Notes: a model not told the origin generated them from the letters alone. A stretch of DNA of 64,000 nucleotides from Camelus ferus (GCF_009834535.1 NC_045696.1:17796001-17860000); one strand, 5' to 3'. Numbered from the stretch's first letter, positions 50,016 through 63,862 are shown. Made by a program: numbers and translations.

Positions 50016-50163
50016 TGAGACAGGAGGGAAGGGGGCAGGACACAACCATAAAAAGAATGACACATCAATAGGACATAAACTGGTCAGAACCAACTCAGCC
50101 CAGGATGGTGGAGGATTTGACTTTCAGTGAACATTGAGCCTCATTATATGCTCAATGTAACAT
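50016..50163 (+). mobile_element. ERV LTR 5' fragment, truncated
   Basis: tgagacaggagggaagggggcagg...caggatggtggaggatttgacttt...gagcctcattatatgctca; stops at the L1 junction. Confidence 0.6.
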
Positions 50164-50164
50164 T

Positions 50165-50572
50165 TTCTGACATAAATCTTAACAATGTTCCCCTAGGGCG
50201 GTCTATAGAGGCGTAGTCTATAGGGCAGTCTACCCAGGCAATAGAAACAAAAGCAAAAATAAACAAATAGGACCTAGTTAAACTTATAAGCTTTTGCACA
50301 GTGAAGGAAACCACAAGCAAGACAAAAAAGACAACCTACCCAATGGGAGAAAATATTTGCAAAAGATGAAACTGACAAAGTCTTAATTTCCAGAATATAT
50401 AAATAGCTCATATAACTTAATAACAAAACAAACAAACAAACAAACAAATAACCCAATCCAAAAACACACAGAAGACCTAAACAAGCAATTTTCCAATGAA
50501 GATATACAAATGGCCAATAGGCACATAAAAAAAAAATGCTCAATATCGCTAAATATCAGAGAAATGCAAATC
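50165..50572 (+). mobile_element. L1 ORF2 internal fragment, no 3' UTR or poly(A)
   Basis: Hand translation KAKINK*DLVKLISFCTVKET...KRQPTQWEKIFA; ends agagaaatgcaaatc. Confidence 0.9.
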
Positions 50573-50779
50573 CTTCACTATATCTTAAGTCTCTCCTCTC
50601 TCCTCAGTTGTTTGTTAGCCCAGGTCACTTCATCTGAGACTTACGTGATGCAGCATTTAATGACTGGTATTCCCACACCTCCTTTCTCCACCTGATATCC
50701 ATGTACACAACATACACAACTATTCCAAACACTGAATCCACGGTAATATTTCCCAAGTTCACATTTAGCTATCTGAGCT

Positions 50780-51280
50780 AATTTCAAATTACTGTTAGCA
50801 TAGCCAATAAAGACATTCCCTACATCTCCACATTCATTTCCTACCATGTTTCTTCCATCTCTATCAGTATCAACCACACTAATCTTGTTGATGTCAATCC
50901 ATGTACCAGGCCAGGTGCTACAGCTACTCAAACTGCTTGAAGCACTCTTCCTGCCCCATTCTCTCCTTTCCATCAGACTTAGATCTCCAGTCCATCAAAC
51001 CTCCCAGGTCCCTTCTAAGACCTACCTGATTAGGTCAGATCCCTTACCATAACCTTTCATATAATTATTAATTTCCCTTCAGAATGCTTGCCTGGGTGAT
51101 TTTTTAAAATTTATTTGATTGTTTATTAAATACCTGTTTCTACTACCAGTTCTAAGCTCTGTTAAGTATTAAGAGTTTGGCTTTTATGTTGTTGCTGACC
51201 TTTATTTCCCCAGCATCAAGCATAAGGATTATCACATAGCAGGCCCTTGATGAATCTATAATTAATTATGAATCAATAAC
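50780..51280 (+). mobile_element. L2 3' region
   Basis: aagcactcttcctgccccattc...ctactaccagttctaagctc...tttccccagcatcaagcata...cacatagcaggcccttgatgaat. Confidence 0.55.
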
Positions 51281-52704
51281 CAAAATCTCAAGAGTGTTTA
51301 ATTTAAATTAGAAAACATATGCAAAAAGAATTAGTAACAAGCTGTATGTAGGTTGGCCATTATTAGTGAAATTTATAACTGAGGCTACCTGAAATTCATA
51401 AAACCATGCATTCAGTTCTAGAAGAGAACATAAGTTAAGAACTGAAGAGAATAAGCAGCGACAGGCTACCCAGACCTGTTTAAGCTACTCCATTTATTAC
51501 TTCTTCTTCTATTGATCTAAGGCAGCAACCTATTAATAAAGTAGGAAAGAAAATTGCTGGAGTTGATAGAGACCCAAGCAATCTGCTCCTTATGGAGATG
51601 AAAATCAGGTATAAGAGGATTTAAGATTTCTGCTTTCAGACTTTAAAATTTGTGGTGAGATTAATCTATAAGGAAATGTTCTTTGCCATAAGTTAGAACA
51701 AGCTATTTATCATATATCATCTTTGGAGTATCTAGATACTAACCTAGATATGTGTGAGACTCTGCAACATGATGGGAAATCTATTTCTTTTAGATATTTT
51801 ATGGAAGTAAATAGTATGCAGTTTTTTTATTAGTATGGTTTGCTAGAGAGTAGATAGTATGCTCTTGACTTTTAACTGATTTCCACACTTCCCTCTACTC
51901 TCAGCTCACTAAAAATCTAATTTTAGGTTTCTCCTCCCAAACAGCCTTCTTCACCTGCAGAAAATCTCATATATTATGTTATTCCTTTGATTTACGCTTT
52001 TGGGTCATTTATTCTCTACACATACTGAAAATGTATTCAAGTTTGATCGCTTGTCAAAACATTTTAATTTTATTCTAACAAAAAAACCTATAGACATTCT
52101 CCAAGGAGAGTACTGAAAAATATACTAGAATAATTACTAGATGTGTTGACTTAGATTATTTAACATAGGTTATGTAATATACCTCTATGTTCTTTAGCAA
52201 TAAAAGTAGTTGAAAGTAGTAACAATAAATCACGTTTGGAATGTTATGTATTACCAAATGTGTGTATCTGGAAAAACAAGTAATATGCTTGTCTATACAG
52301 AAAAAATATGGTAAGATTTATGTATTTTTATCATTATTTAAAGAGTGAAATTACAGGAAGATACCTTAACAAGGACGGCACTGCATATGGTATAAGCAGT
52401 TTTTAGAAAGGACTTCTCCATGAGGGGTTTCTAATGTAAGATATTTAAGAAGGATGGCTGAGCAGTTTAACCAAGTGAAAAGGAATGTGCTATGAATAAA
52501 GCCAAACAAACAAAATTAAAAAAATCCTATAGTGGTGAGCTATCTTTGCATGAAAAGAGATAAACTGCCTCTTCATTTTTGTAGAATTGCACTCTGATCT
52601 TAGCTAAGTGACTTTGACATGGCGTATGGTTGATCATTTGTGGACCTGCATGTGGGATGTCTCTGTCAAGTTCACACATAACCCCCAGCATTTTAAAGCA
52701 TAGA

Positions 52705-52880
52705 AAACAAAATATTCAGAGACAGAAGTCCTAGGTTTAAGCCCTCACTTTGCTAGTTATCCTCAGCATGGTTTTGGAGAATTTTGCTTTATAGTAATTT
52801 TTTTTTGCTCTGTAAAATGAAAAGAAAATCAGTGTATAACATATAGAACTATGAAAAAATGAAGTAAGATGACACATGAA
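52705..52880 (+). mobile_element. MIR SINE
   Basis: gacagaagtcctaggtttaagccctcactttgc...ctctgtaaaatga. Confidence 0.55.
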
Positions 52881-54201
52881 TGATCCATGGATCATCTATT
52901 TGAAAAAAAGAATGGAAAAGTGGTAGGAGAACTCTCAATATTCCTCATTCTCAAAATTTCAAAAAGTTTTTTCAATTTTATTAAAAATTAATCTGACTTT
53001 ACTCTTTTTGTTATTTTAAAATGCACTTATTATGAGATGGCAGCTTATAAAATGAATTTATATTCAGGATGGATCCTGCCAGAGGCTGTCACTGAGAAGG
53101 GGTGCTCTGAACGAGTGCTTCTGGACAGATCAGTGGAAGAAGAAACACTGGCTTCCTTACTTTGGGTTGGTTTTTCTGCCACTTCTCCAGAACCAAATAA
53201 ACTCATAAAATTACTTTTTAAAAAATGCTCACCTTGACCAATGATAAAGTATTAATATAAACAGAAGCATCAAAATCCTGAATATGCTTCAGCAGTACTT
53301 CAAGCATTGTGAGGAGGTAAGCAAAGGAGGCAATTTTGTGATTAAAAAAACTTTTCCTTCAGCTGGCTTCTAATTTTGTAGCCTTATAAAAGATTTTCAT
53401 TAATCAAAACAATTCAAACTCAGGATGCATCAAAACAAACTCCCAGTGTTAGAATGTTGGCCTTTCAAAAGAAATTTGCTACCTTCTACTTCCTTTTGGA
53501 TCTCTGAACCAAACTTGTATTTTCCTCCCCATGTTTTCATCTTAGACCTTGAAGAAATAATGTAAAAAAACTGTATCTCTAATCCCAAGACGTTCCAGAG
53601 GCTCATTCAGTTCTGTTTTCCTTTGGCCATGAGATGTCCCCACCACTTTCAGGAATAAACAGCTTTCAAATGCAATTTTTGTTGCTTTAATAGGTCATGG
53701 TATTCACAGTCTCTCCAGCTCAAGCCTCTCTTTAAAGTCTCCTTGCTCCAACATTTAGGGATTCTGGATTCGGTCATGCAGTGCTTTCAAACTTCTTGGG
53801 TTTTCTGTCACTTTCTTTTTTTTTTTTTCACTTTGTTTCTTTTCATTTCTTTTTTTTTTTTTTAACTGGATTAATTTCAACCTGCTCTGTGTCAGTCTTT
53901 CAAGCAAAATAAGCACCTGAAATATTTTCAGTCTAATTTTGGAATGCATGAGTGATGTATTCATTCCACATAAAAGACTTCCTTCATTTGCCTGAACACT
54001 GGCTTGAGATATCTATATCTGTACACATTGCATTATATTATATTTAAAAAATTTTAAGTCAAAATGTTTATAGATAAAGACAGCTGAGAGGTTATGCATA
54101 GATTTTCCCTTATACTTTCCTACAATATATGCCATTTGTTGAAGGTAAAGTCTGTTCTGTTTAAAGAGGAATTTACAGTGGTTTCCTTAAATCACTCCAA
54201 A

Positions 54202-54535
54202 ACTGTGATATCTAATATAGCATCCGCTGGCTACATATGGCTAATGAATATTTGAAATATTGCTAATTGATATGTTATAGGTATAAAATACATGCTGATT
54301 TGCAAGACTTAGTATGAAAGAAAAAAGAATGTAAAATATGTCCTAGTAACTTTTCCAGTGATGACACATTAGAATAATATTTGGATATAGTGCATCAAAT
54401 AAAAATATGAATTTGCTTAATTTTCAACTTCATCTTTTACTGTTTGTCTTTTAATGTGACTACTAAAAAAATTAAATTTGTTGATGTGATTTGTTTGCAC
54501 TTGTTATTTGCACTATAATTCTATTAGTGCTAGTA
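54202..54535. mobile_element. MER33-like hAT-Charlie MITE
   Basis: tctaatatagcatccgctggctacatatggcta...gacttagtatgaaagaaaaaagaatgtaaaatat...ttttaatgtgactacta. Confidence 0.75.
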
Positions 54536-56023
54536 GAGAAAGAAAAGATGACATTTAGGCAGGATAAGTTAACTAATAATTGCGGCTGTGTGTGTGAATA
54601 CATAAATTATAAATACATAGATAGATATATCCACATATGTACATTACTATTTATACATATGCATGAGGGCAGTTATACATGCTTCTTTGTGTGATACATA
54701 CATACCTGCACAACATGTATAAATGCACATGTTTCATGATGCCTACTAAATCACTTGCTCTGGAATTCTTGTTTATATGCTTTTTTTTTTTAACCATAGT
54801 ATGTTGTTCTATTATGCTTCAGTTATATGGAACATGTCAGTAGGTGCTTTCAATTTTTTTTTTCACTGAGAAACAAACAAAAATCTAGAGTGGTTCCCCC
54901 ACCCGAATTCAGTGATGATTATGAACATCCTTGTCTTGTTATTGAAAAGGAAATTTTTCTACATAGAACAGAAAAAAATGATGTTTGTCTGTTAGTAGCT
55001 CAGCAGTCAGCATTCAACTTTTGGATTTTTTTCTTTGTAAGTGGGCCTAGAATTGAGTGTCTGATTACTAATTATGGAACATGAATCACGTAAACTTCAT
55101 GATGAAAGATTAATGGTACCACTTACTTCCCCACATAAACGTGCTGTGTTTTGAAATCTATTGGAAAAAAGAAATTTACTGCTTACCCAATTTAGTAGTC
55201 TCCTAAGTTCAAGTTAAATAATATATATAATTGAAACTGTAAGAACAGAATATTCTCGTATGTTGTTAAAATTTGACTGTTTAATTTTCTCCCTTTCTTT
55301 CTACTGAGATTTCTTTAAACCACTGAAAATAGATGTTTGAATTATAGTTGACAAACCCTTGTTTTATACAGCTAAAAGATTACTGTTTAGAATATAAAAA
55401 TAACATCAAGTTCAACATCTTAACTAGTTAGTAAACACTTATTTGCACAAATGGATATACATTTGTCCAAAGCTCTCAATTCTATAGTATACCTCAAGCA
55501 TAAACTCATCAAAATAATTTACATAAATTCCCTTTTTTCCTTTAAGTTATGAAGGACTATAGTAAATCAATTTATAATTTTTAAACTTATAAAGAGTTGT
55601 GAATACACTGAAAATCAAATTAAACACGTACCGATCCAAAACTATACCACTATCAAATTATTAAACATAAGTATTTTAAAAGAATATTTCTTCCCTAGAT
55701 ATACCAAAAGCAATAAGCTATTTTCTGGAACTTATACCCATAAAATGTTAAAATAATCAAAATAAAAATCGACTAAATAATTACATAACAAAATGTTTTT
55801 CATCAGGTTGTTCCCAGGCACTAAAATATTCCAAAATGGCTTTCAAGTTATGAATCATTACTAAATAACAACAACAACAGCAAAATAATAATCTCCTTTT
55901 GTTAGAAATATTGCTCCCGTTTTATCCTTAAATTTCTAAAAGACTTCAACAGTGAAACCACAGGTCTAGAGTTTATCAATCAATCTTCCCAGGAGTGTAC
56001 CACTTATATTAGAAAGGAGACAT

Positions 56024-56130
56024 AGAGATAGGTAAATAGGTAGGTAGATAGATAGATACATACATACATTCATACATACATAGATACATAGATAGGTAAA
56101 TTAATAGAGATATAAAGATATAGATACGTG
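56024..56130. repeat. (TAGG/TAGA/TACA)n compound tetranucleotide repeat
   Basis: Directly visible. Confidence 0.9.
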
Positions 56131-56169
56131 TATAGTAAACAGAGTAGGAAGAAATCATCTTGATTCTTT

Positions 56170-56855
56170 AGAATCTGGCATGTTTCCAGGCTACACATCA
56201 GTTTTGATTAAGAACTACTCTAAATTTGGTTTGCTCCAATCCCTCGAAAATAACAGTGTTTGGGAGGGTCTCATTTGGAAATGCTCAACAGGCTCCTTAA
56301 CTTTCTTGGTGGGATTTAAACTCCATTTTTCCTTTTCTCAACATCTTAACCCTGCAGAAAACTTTTTAGATTTTTAGTCTCTTATCTGTTGCTTTCTTCT
56401 TAGTTTTCCAGATATTTTCTTTTAAGCATCTGCATAAAGGGAAAAATGGTGTCAGTTTGGGGTTCACTTCTCTGCAGTTCCTTTTCTTCGAAATTCTGGT
56501 CCCTTCATTCTTGAGTGCTTTGAATTGCTGTGAACATCAAAGTCCGTCTCTCTGTTTGGGAGAGATACCAAAGGCGCTTGAGCTGCTACCATCTGATAAA
56601 CATCTGTGTCTCCTGGAGCTTACAGACTGGCAAATTCTTGAAGCAGAAAACTGGCCAACAATGTCAGTAAGTCCTTTCACTTCTCTTCAACCTCACGCCC
56701 CAACCCTCACACCACGTCCATCATAGCTGCCTTGATTGCTGCTCTTTGATCTTTTCAAAAGCTGGTATTTTTATGTTAACCAGATTTCATATTTTTTCTC
56801 AAAGGGAGGCTTCCTCTGAGCCATGCTACCACTTTATATTCAGTACCAGAAGTCA
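56170..56855 (-). mobile_element. Probable old L1M/HAL1 5' region
   Basis: ggttcacttctctgcagttccttttctt...ttctcaaagggagg...accagaagtc terminus resembles old L1 5' UTRs. Confidence 0.4.
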
Positions 56856-57599
56856 GACTTACACTTAGATGAAAGATGATTACTCTCTAGAGAAAATAAG
56901 CTTTAGAAAGAAAGCATTTGGATTAGTTAGGGGAAAAAAAAACCCCTCAGCTTTTTGTAATCTCCTAAGAAAATGCAGTATCTTCAATAAAAGAGGGAGA
57001 TGCTGTTTTCAGAATGAGTTGGTGAAGGTATGACCATTCTTAGAGGAGGTAGTCTGAATTAGATCTCTCGAGTTTTCTCCTATGTTCTTTTTGCTAAGGC
57101 TTTATTTTATCTATTTTTTCTTGAGCAGAAATATGTGACATCACATTTTTTTCTATCCATAGGAAATAAATATTTCCCTGCCCCATGCTTTCCCACTTTG
57201 CATGGTTACTTTGTTAAAACATATGACAGAAAAATCCATTCAATATTAAAAAATCATGAATTATGAATTCTTTTCATTGAAATTTTTCATGCTTATAATT
57301 TCTACATCATCATGAAATGAAAACTGAATTTTTTTCACAGCTATGTGGAAAAGACAGTCCACATATTAATGAAGTCATAATGCCCATAATTTCTGGGAAA
57401 TGTATTATTCATAACAAAGCTAAGCTTTTTGTTTTGCAGTTCATATCTGTCTAGGAAAAATGAATTTCTGTATCTTTCCCATGCAAAAATTGTCACGTAA
57501 ATACTAAAGTGGAACTCATCTATTGTTCTTTTTCTTATTTTTTAAATCACTTTATTTTACATAAAACATTATACAAATGCAGAAATATGGTTATGTAAA

Positions 57600-57790
57600 T
57601 GTATGCTTTTATAATATAATCCTAATTATTTTAAAAAAAGATTATATATTTCCTTATATATGAATATAATTTTCTGAAGATTATAAAAGAAATTGTTAAT
57701 AGAGGTTACTTCTGGAGACGAGAACTGGGGATAAGATGTTACTTTTATATATGTACTTTTTTTCTTTTCTTCTTTTGATTATGTGTTAAT
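57600..57790 (+). mobile_element. L1ME 3' fragment
   Basis: aaagaaattgttaatagaggttacttctggag...ttactttt. Confidence 0.55.
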
Positions 57791-58107
57791 TTCCATTTTC
57801 TACTTTGTTTTCTCAACAATCCCTCACCTACCCATGTAATTCAAGTTAAAAGTGATGTTTTTCCATGAGGATGTAGTTATTTGTAAGCATATCTAAAGGT
57901 ATACATATGAACAGATATTTATACCTAAGGATATTTTCAATGTTTATTTTTCAAAAATTAGATTGCATTTAAACATTTTTCTCAACATTGTCTAGAATAC
58001 AAGTTAAATGTGGTCAGAGATTTTATCAGCTTTGTTTGCCAGTCTTTCTCCGGACCCTAGAACATTTCAACAGCTCTTTCCTACAGACTTTGTGAGATTA
58101 TAGAACT

Positions 58108-58362
58108 TCTGTAGTGTCCAATACGATAACACTAGGCATGTGGCTATCCACCACTTGAAAAGTGCTTAGCATCTTTAGCAACTGAGAAGCTGAATTTTTG
58201 ATCTTACCTAATTTTAACTAAAAATTCAACTGAAAACATTTAAATTTAAAATTTTAATTTCAAAATTATCAGAAATTCAAAATTTTAATTTCAAAAATTT
58301 TAAATTCAAATTTAAAGCACGATGTTTTTTTTGTAGGCTACAGTATTGGACAGCGCAGGTCT
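58108..58362. mobile_element. MER3-like hAT-Charlie MITE
   Basis: Inverted ends ctgtagtgtccaatac ... gtattggacagcgcag; internal catgtggcta...cacttgaaa...actgagaagctgaatttt. Confidence 0.75.
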
Positions 58363-58469
58363 AGAAAATGTGTCAAAAATATTTTACTTTATTATTTCGT
58401 TTGTTTTTCAGAGTTTGCTCAACATAAAAACTCCCCAGTCCAAGTGGATATTTTGAATTTTTTTTTAAA

Positions 58470-59350
58470 GACTTTATACCATTCCATCATCTAATTATCC
58501 CATTTTATTTTTCTATTCATTTTGTACTGGACATTGACTTTGCTTACTTATTTTTGAGACTATGAACAATACTGCAATAAATATCTGTGCATGCATAGCT
58601 TCAAATACTGAAGCTTTATTTTATGTAGAATATATTCCTAGGAGTGGGGCTATAAGGTAAATATATATTTATTTTAATAATATAAGGGTTTTCACACAGA
58701 TTATTTTCAAATAATATTTTTGGAATCTGCATCTATACTAGCAATAAATGCTACTGATAGATGTTCTCGTTCAAAAATTAATCTACCTGTCAAGGACATT
58801 GGTAGCTAGCTGTGATTTTATTTGCATTTCCATGACTACTAAGGAGATTGAACATCTTCATATACAGTCAACATTTTAGACACATAAATTTGCTCCATAT
58901 GTGAATGGTCTTTTCACACCCTTTGCCCATTTCTCTATTGTGTTGCTTACTAACATCTTTACAATGTATAAAATGGCATTGTATGTAAACATTATTATAT
59001 AAATGCCATTCTATCATATAAATTTTATTTCTAAGTAATTTATTCTGTCACTGATCTAATTACTTATTTCTATTGCAGTAAAATTTTGACTTGATTGTAG
59101 CGTCTTTATAGTGGTTCTAGATATAAACGTTATCCTATCAGTAGCCTTCTTTTTAAACATGGTGCAGGTATCTCTCTTCCTATAAAAAATTTCAGGTCAT
59201 TTCTGCAAATAAAAATAGTTGTGTGATTCTAAATAAATTTCATTATTTTTATATCTGAGATAGGTATTAATTTCAGAGAATTAGTACTATCATATTAAAC
59301 TTTTACATCCCAAAACATGTCATATGCTTATATTTTTTGATTATTTGTTT
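58470..59350 (-). mobile_element. Old L1 (L1ME-type) fragments
   Basis: tatgaacaatactgcaataaatatc...attcctaggagtggg...atttgcatttccatgactactaaggagattgaacatcttc...ctttgcccatttctctattg. Confidence 0.7.
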
Positions 59351-59384
59351 TATTCCAATTTTGCACATCAGATCACTCTATTAC

Positions 59385-60855
59385 TGCCACTCATTTCTGC
59401 ATCTCATTTTTCATAGTTTGTTCATCCAGCTTAAAATCCAGGGCTAATCACTTTAATCACTCTAATGTACTTAATTTCTGTTCTACCTCTATCTACTCTG
59501 CCATTATCCCACTTCATTATCCCCTTGGCATAACCTCCAGCCTGATTACACCCACCTCTCCACTTTCTTGGACCCTGTACTACTGTTGACTGGTATTAGA
59601 GGAAAAGGGACATTCATACCGATGGTTCTCTGCATACATTTTATGACCTGCATGAACAGCAAGAATGTTTTTGACATTTTCAAGTCATCATATAACATAT
59701 TCTTCTTTATTCTCCTGACAGTCCTTGCAATCTTGAGTAAAAAGTCTCCCAGTTTACTTAGAGTAAATGAGCCTCCAAGATTCCGTTTCATTTCTGAATT
59801 CATCTCCTAGCACACTCCCTCATACACACTCTGCTCCAGAAAATCAGAGCAGGCACACATGACTATTCTGTCATGCTTGAATAATAATCACCAAGATAAA
59901 TATTTGGTTAACTTCCTCAGCTACTCTAATGTTTTGCACATATCTAAGCCTGATCTTGCTATTGATTTTGAAAAGCACTAGAAAGTAGAAACTGTAATAG
60001 GCAGAATTCTAAGATGTTTCCTAGAATTCCCACTCCCTGGTGGACACTGCCTACATTATCTCTTCACCTTGAATGTGGGCCAGACTTTTTAATATGATGT
60101 GATTTCTCTCCTGTGATTAAGATAGATTAAATAGCAAAGGTGAAGGTATTTTGCAGATGTAATTAAATTCTCTATCCAGTTAACATCAAATTAATCAAAG
60201 GGGAGATTATTTGTACAGAACCAATCTAATCATATGAGCTCTTTAAACAGGGTCTAATCTTTCCTTGAAGAGACAGATTTTATAGCAGAGATGATCTTCT
60301 GCTGAGACTGAAGAAGAAAACTTCCATGTTGCTGATCCAGCTATTTGGTAGAGAGTAACAGATGCTTCTGGGATCGAGAGCCCTCAGTCTTAAAAAGTGC
60401 AGAAAACTGAATTAAGCCAATAATCAATAAGCTTGGAAGAGAAACCCAAGTTTCAAACGACACTGCAGTCCAACTGACACTCTGAATGTTGTCTTGTGAG
60501 ACTCAGATGAGATAACTCAGGTAAGCCATGCTCTATATGTCAATACATTCATGTTATTTTAGCCACTACGTTTAAGATAATTTGTTATTTGTCAATAGAA
60601 AACAAATACAGCCTTTCTTACAATTCTTTTTAATTTACTATAATTTATTTTTTCCATAGCACTTACCACTTTTTTTTCCATTGTAACTTAATTTTTGAGT
60701 TCTTGAATGACTTGGCCCAACTCCAAATATAAGCTCCTCAAAGGCAAGAATATTTCTTATCTTCCTTTTCTTTTAAAAATGTTGGATCTCATAAACCTAG
60801 AATAATATATTCTTATAGTAGATGTTCAATATATATTTGACAAATAATGAATGGT
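59385..60855 (+). mobile_element. L2 interrupted by an MLT1E-like LTR
   Basis: ccttggcataacctccagcctgatta...cactctgctccag; 3' end ttccatagcacttaccac...ataagctcctcaaaggcaag...tagatgttcaatatatatttg. Confidence 0.6.
59993..60610 (+). mobile_element. MaLR LTR MLT1E-like
   Basis: tgtaataggcagaattctaagatg...ttttgcagatgtaattaa...aatcaaaggggagattat...caatagaaaacaaataca. Confidence 0.85.
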
Positions 60856-62109
60856 TTTATTTTTTCCAATGTGATTTTAAAGTTACATGCATAAGTCATA
60901 AATCATTAAAAAAATCCCTAAATATTAAAATTTTTTTTTCTTAATGGAAAAGGGATATTTTCCTCTATTCTTTTCTTGTTGCTAGAATATGGACATGATG
61001 TTCTTTTAATATATTTATGTAATAGCCAGCAATTTTATGTAATTCTCTCATTAATTCTATTAAATATTTTTTATTAGAACCTCTTGGATTTTCTTTAGCT
61101 TTATTTCATTGGCAAAAGAGGTAAGGCTTTCTCTTCTAAAATCCATATCAAATATTTGTGTTTTACTTCATTTAGTAAATAAACCAAGAATATATTTAAT
61201 TATAAATGGGATTCTCTGATACTATGTAGACTCAGAAACCTACCACAGGAACACTCTGTATCAGAATACTCAGGATTTAGGATGAGTCATAATATGCCAG
61301 CAGGAACATATAAGGCATTTTCCATAGAAACAGTCCACATAGTTGTAGAGCAGGTATTACTTTGTTCTACCTGAAAGAGGTCATGTGTAAGGGACTAAAA
61401 CTCACATGGAACAGGCAGAGGAAGTGTCTATGCTTAGACATCTTATAGTTTTGGTAAACCTTTGTAAGAGGAGTTTCCAGCATCTCCACCAGGAATAAAT
61501 CAGTTACAAGTCTTACCAAATTGTGAGAAACCCAAACTACGTCTTGCCCATCGAATAATTATGTTTTGTCGCAAGATGCAAATTAGGAGTCATGTTTATC
61601 ACAAACAATTATGCCTAATAACATAATCCGCACTCCACCCTTATCAGATTGCCAAGAAAACAAATTCTCAGAATGAAGAGAAAAAAATGGGATTCTACTT
61701 CAATATCTATACCATGATTTTCACCGTGATTTTAATAATGTATAGTTTACTATTCACTGCTATACTTTCAGAAACAATTCTTTGTAGCTTAAAGTATTTT
61801 ATTATTTTCATTCTTATTCAGAAATATTTATTATTTAAATGACTGAATAACTTTTATATGTGTTGTTTCTTTCAAGGAAAAAATAGACACTATTAGGAAT
61901 GAGAAAGGAGATGTTATCACAACTATAAGTTCCTTTTATTGAATTAGACTATTGCATGCAACCAAATGGCAAAATAGGAAAGAGCTAGTCTGGATTGGAT
62001 CAACTCATTAAAATAAATATTCTCAAAATTACTTTATTCAAGAATTTGTATGAAATATTATCCTCTCAATTATTTTTTGGATTTTTTTAAAATGTTCCTT
62101 TAAATTATT

Positions 62110-62461
62110 TCTTTTTGAGTCAGTCTTGGTAGGTTGTTTGCTTCTAGGAATTTATTCATTTCTTCAAGATATTCCAGTTTGTTACTATGTAATTGTTCAT
62201 TGTTGTCTCTTAAAATCCTTTTTATTTCTGTGGTATTTTAAATTTCTGATTTTATTTATTTGCGCTTCATCTTTTTTTCTTAGTCTGCTAAAGGTTTGTC
62301 AATTTTGTTTATCTTTTCAAAAACCAACTCAGTTTCACTGATTTTTTTTTTATTCTTTATATTATTTATTTCTCTTCTAATAGTCATTATTTCCTTCCTT
62401 CTGCTAAATTTGGGCTTAGTTTCTTCTTCTTTTTATAGTTCTTTGAAATGTAAAGTTAGAG
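62110..62461 (-). mobile_element. L1 ORF2 fragment (post-endonuclease region)
   Basis: gtcagtcttggtaggttg...ttctaggaatttattcatttc...gctaaaggtttgtcaattttgtttatcttttcaaaaaccaact. Confidence 0.85.
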
Positions 62462-63862
62462 TGTTCATTTTAACAGGTGATATCTCATTGTGGTTTGATT
62501 TGCATATCTCTGATGATTAGAGATGGTGAAGATCTTTTCATGTGCCTGTCAGCCATCTGTACATGTTTATTCAAGTTTTCTGCTCATTTTTTAATCAAGT
62601 TGTTTATATTTTTGATATTAAGTTGTATGAGCTATTTGTATGTTTTGAATATTAACCCCTTATTGATCATATAATTTCCAAATATTTTTCCCATTCAGTA
62701 GGTTGTCTTTTGGTTATGTTGATGGTTTCCTTTGCTGTGCAAAAGCTTTTAAGTTTAATTAGGTCCCATTTGTTTATTTTTGCTTTTGTTTCCTTTATCT
62801 TAGAAGACAGATCCAAAAAATTATTGCTACAAATTACAACAAAGTGTGCCCCATCTACACTTTCTTCTAGAAGTTTTATAGTTTTCAATCTTACATTTAG
62901 TTCTTTAATCCATTTCGAGTTTATTTTTGCATATGGGATGCAGAAGTGTTCTAACTTTATTATTTTACAGGTAGCTGTCTAGTTTCCCCAGCACCACTTA
63001 TTGAAGGTCTTTTGTCGTATGTCTTTTTTATATTGTATATTCTTGCCTACTTTGTGGTAAGTTAATTGACCATAAGCGCTTGGGCTTATTTCTGGGTTCT
63101 CTATTATGTTCCATTGATCCATGTGTTTGTTTCTGTGCCAATAACATGATGTTTTGATTACTGTAGCTTTGTAGTATAGTCTGAAGTCAGTGAGTGTGTT
63201 ACTCCCTACTTTGTTCTTTCTCAAGATTGTTTTGGCTATTCAGGGTCTTCTGTGTTTACATACAAATTAAAAAAAAATTTTTTTGGAGTCTGTGAAAAGT
63301 ATCATTGGCATTTTGATAGAGATTGCATTGAATCTGTAGATTGCCTTTAACAGTATGATCATTTTAACAATATTGATTCTTCCAATCCATTAACATGGTA
63401 TGTCTTTCTATCTGCTTGTGCTATCTTCAGTTGCCTTCATTAGTGTCTTATAGCTTTCCAAGAATGCAAATATTTGATCTCCTTAGCTAGGTTTACTCCT
63501 AGGTATTCTGTTCTTTTTGATATGATGGTAAATAGGACTGTTTCCCTAATTTCTCTTTCTGATAGTTTGATTTAGTGTATAGAAGTGCAATAGATTTCTG
63601 GATATTAATTTTGTATCCTGCAACTTTACCAAATTAATTGATGAGCTCTAATAGTTTTTTCATGATGTCTATAGGATTTTTTATGTATAATATCATGTCA
63701 TCTGCAAACAGTGACAGTTTTACTCGTTTCATTTTGAATTCCTTTTATTTATTTTTCTTATCTAATACTGTGGCTAGTACTTCCAATACTATGTTGAATT
63801 AAAGTGTCAAGGATGGGCATTCTTGTCCCCAGTTTTACAGAAAATGTTTTCAGCTTTTCACT
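62462..63862 (-). mobile_element. L1 ORF2 fragment (end of RT to C-terminal region), frameshifted
   Basis: ORF track peptides [27 protein letters not shown] (62979-63224) and KAKINKWDLIKLKSFCTAKET..KRQPTEWEK (62667-62888). Confidence 0.95.

Noticed and set aside
52880..52895. 16-bp palindrome atgatccatggatcat
   Set aside because: About one palindrome of this length is expected by chance in 64 kb
53037..53280. Possible coding exons on either strand
   Set aside because: Weak acceptors and unrecognisable peptides; may be regulatory but unsupported
62667..63224. ORFs with clear protein similarity
   Set aside because: Frameshifted L1 ORF2 remnants, not a host gene
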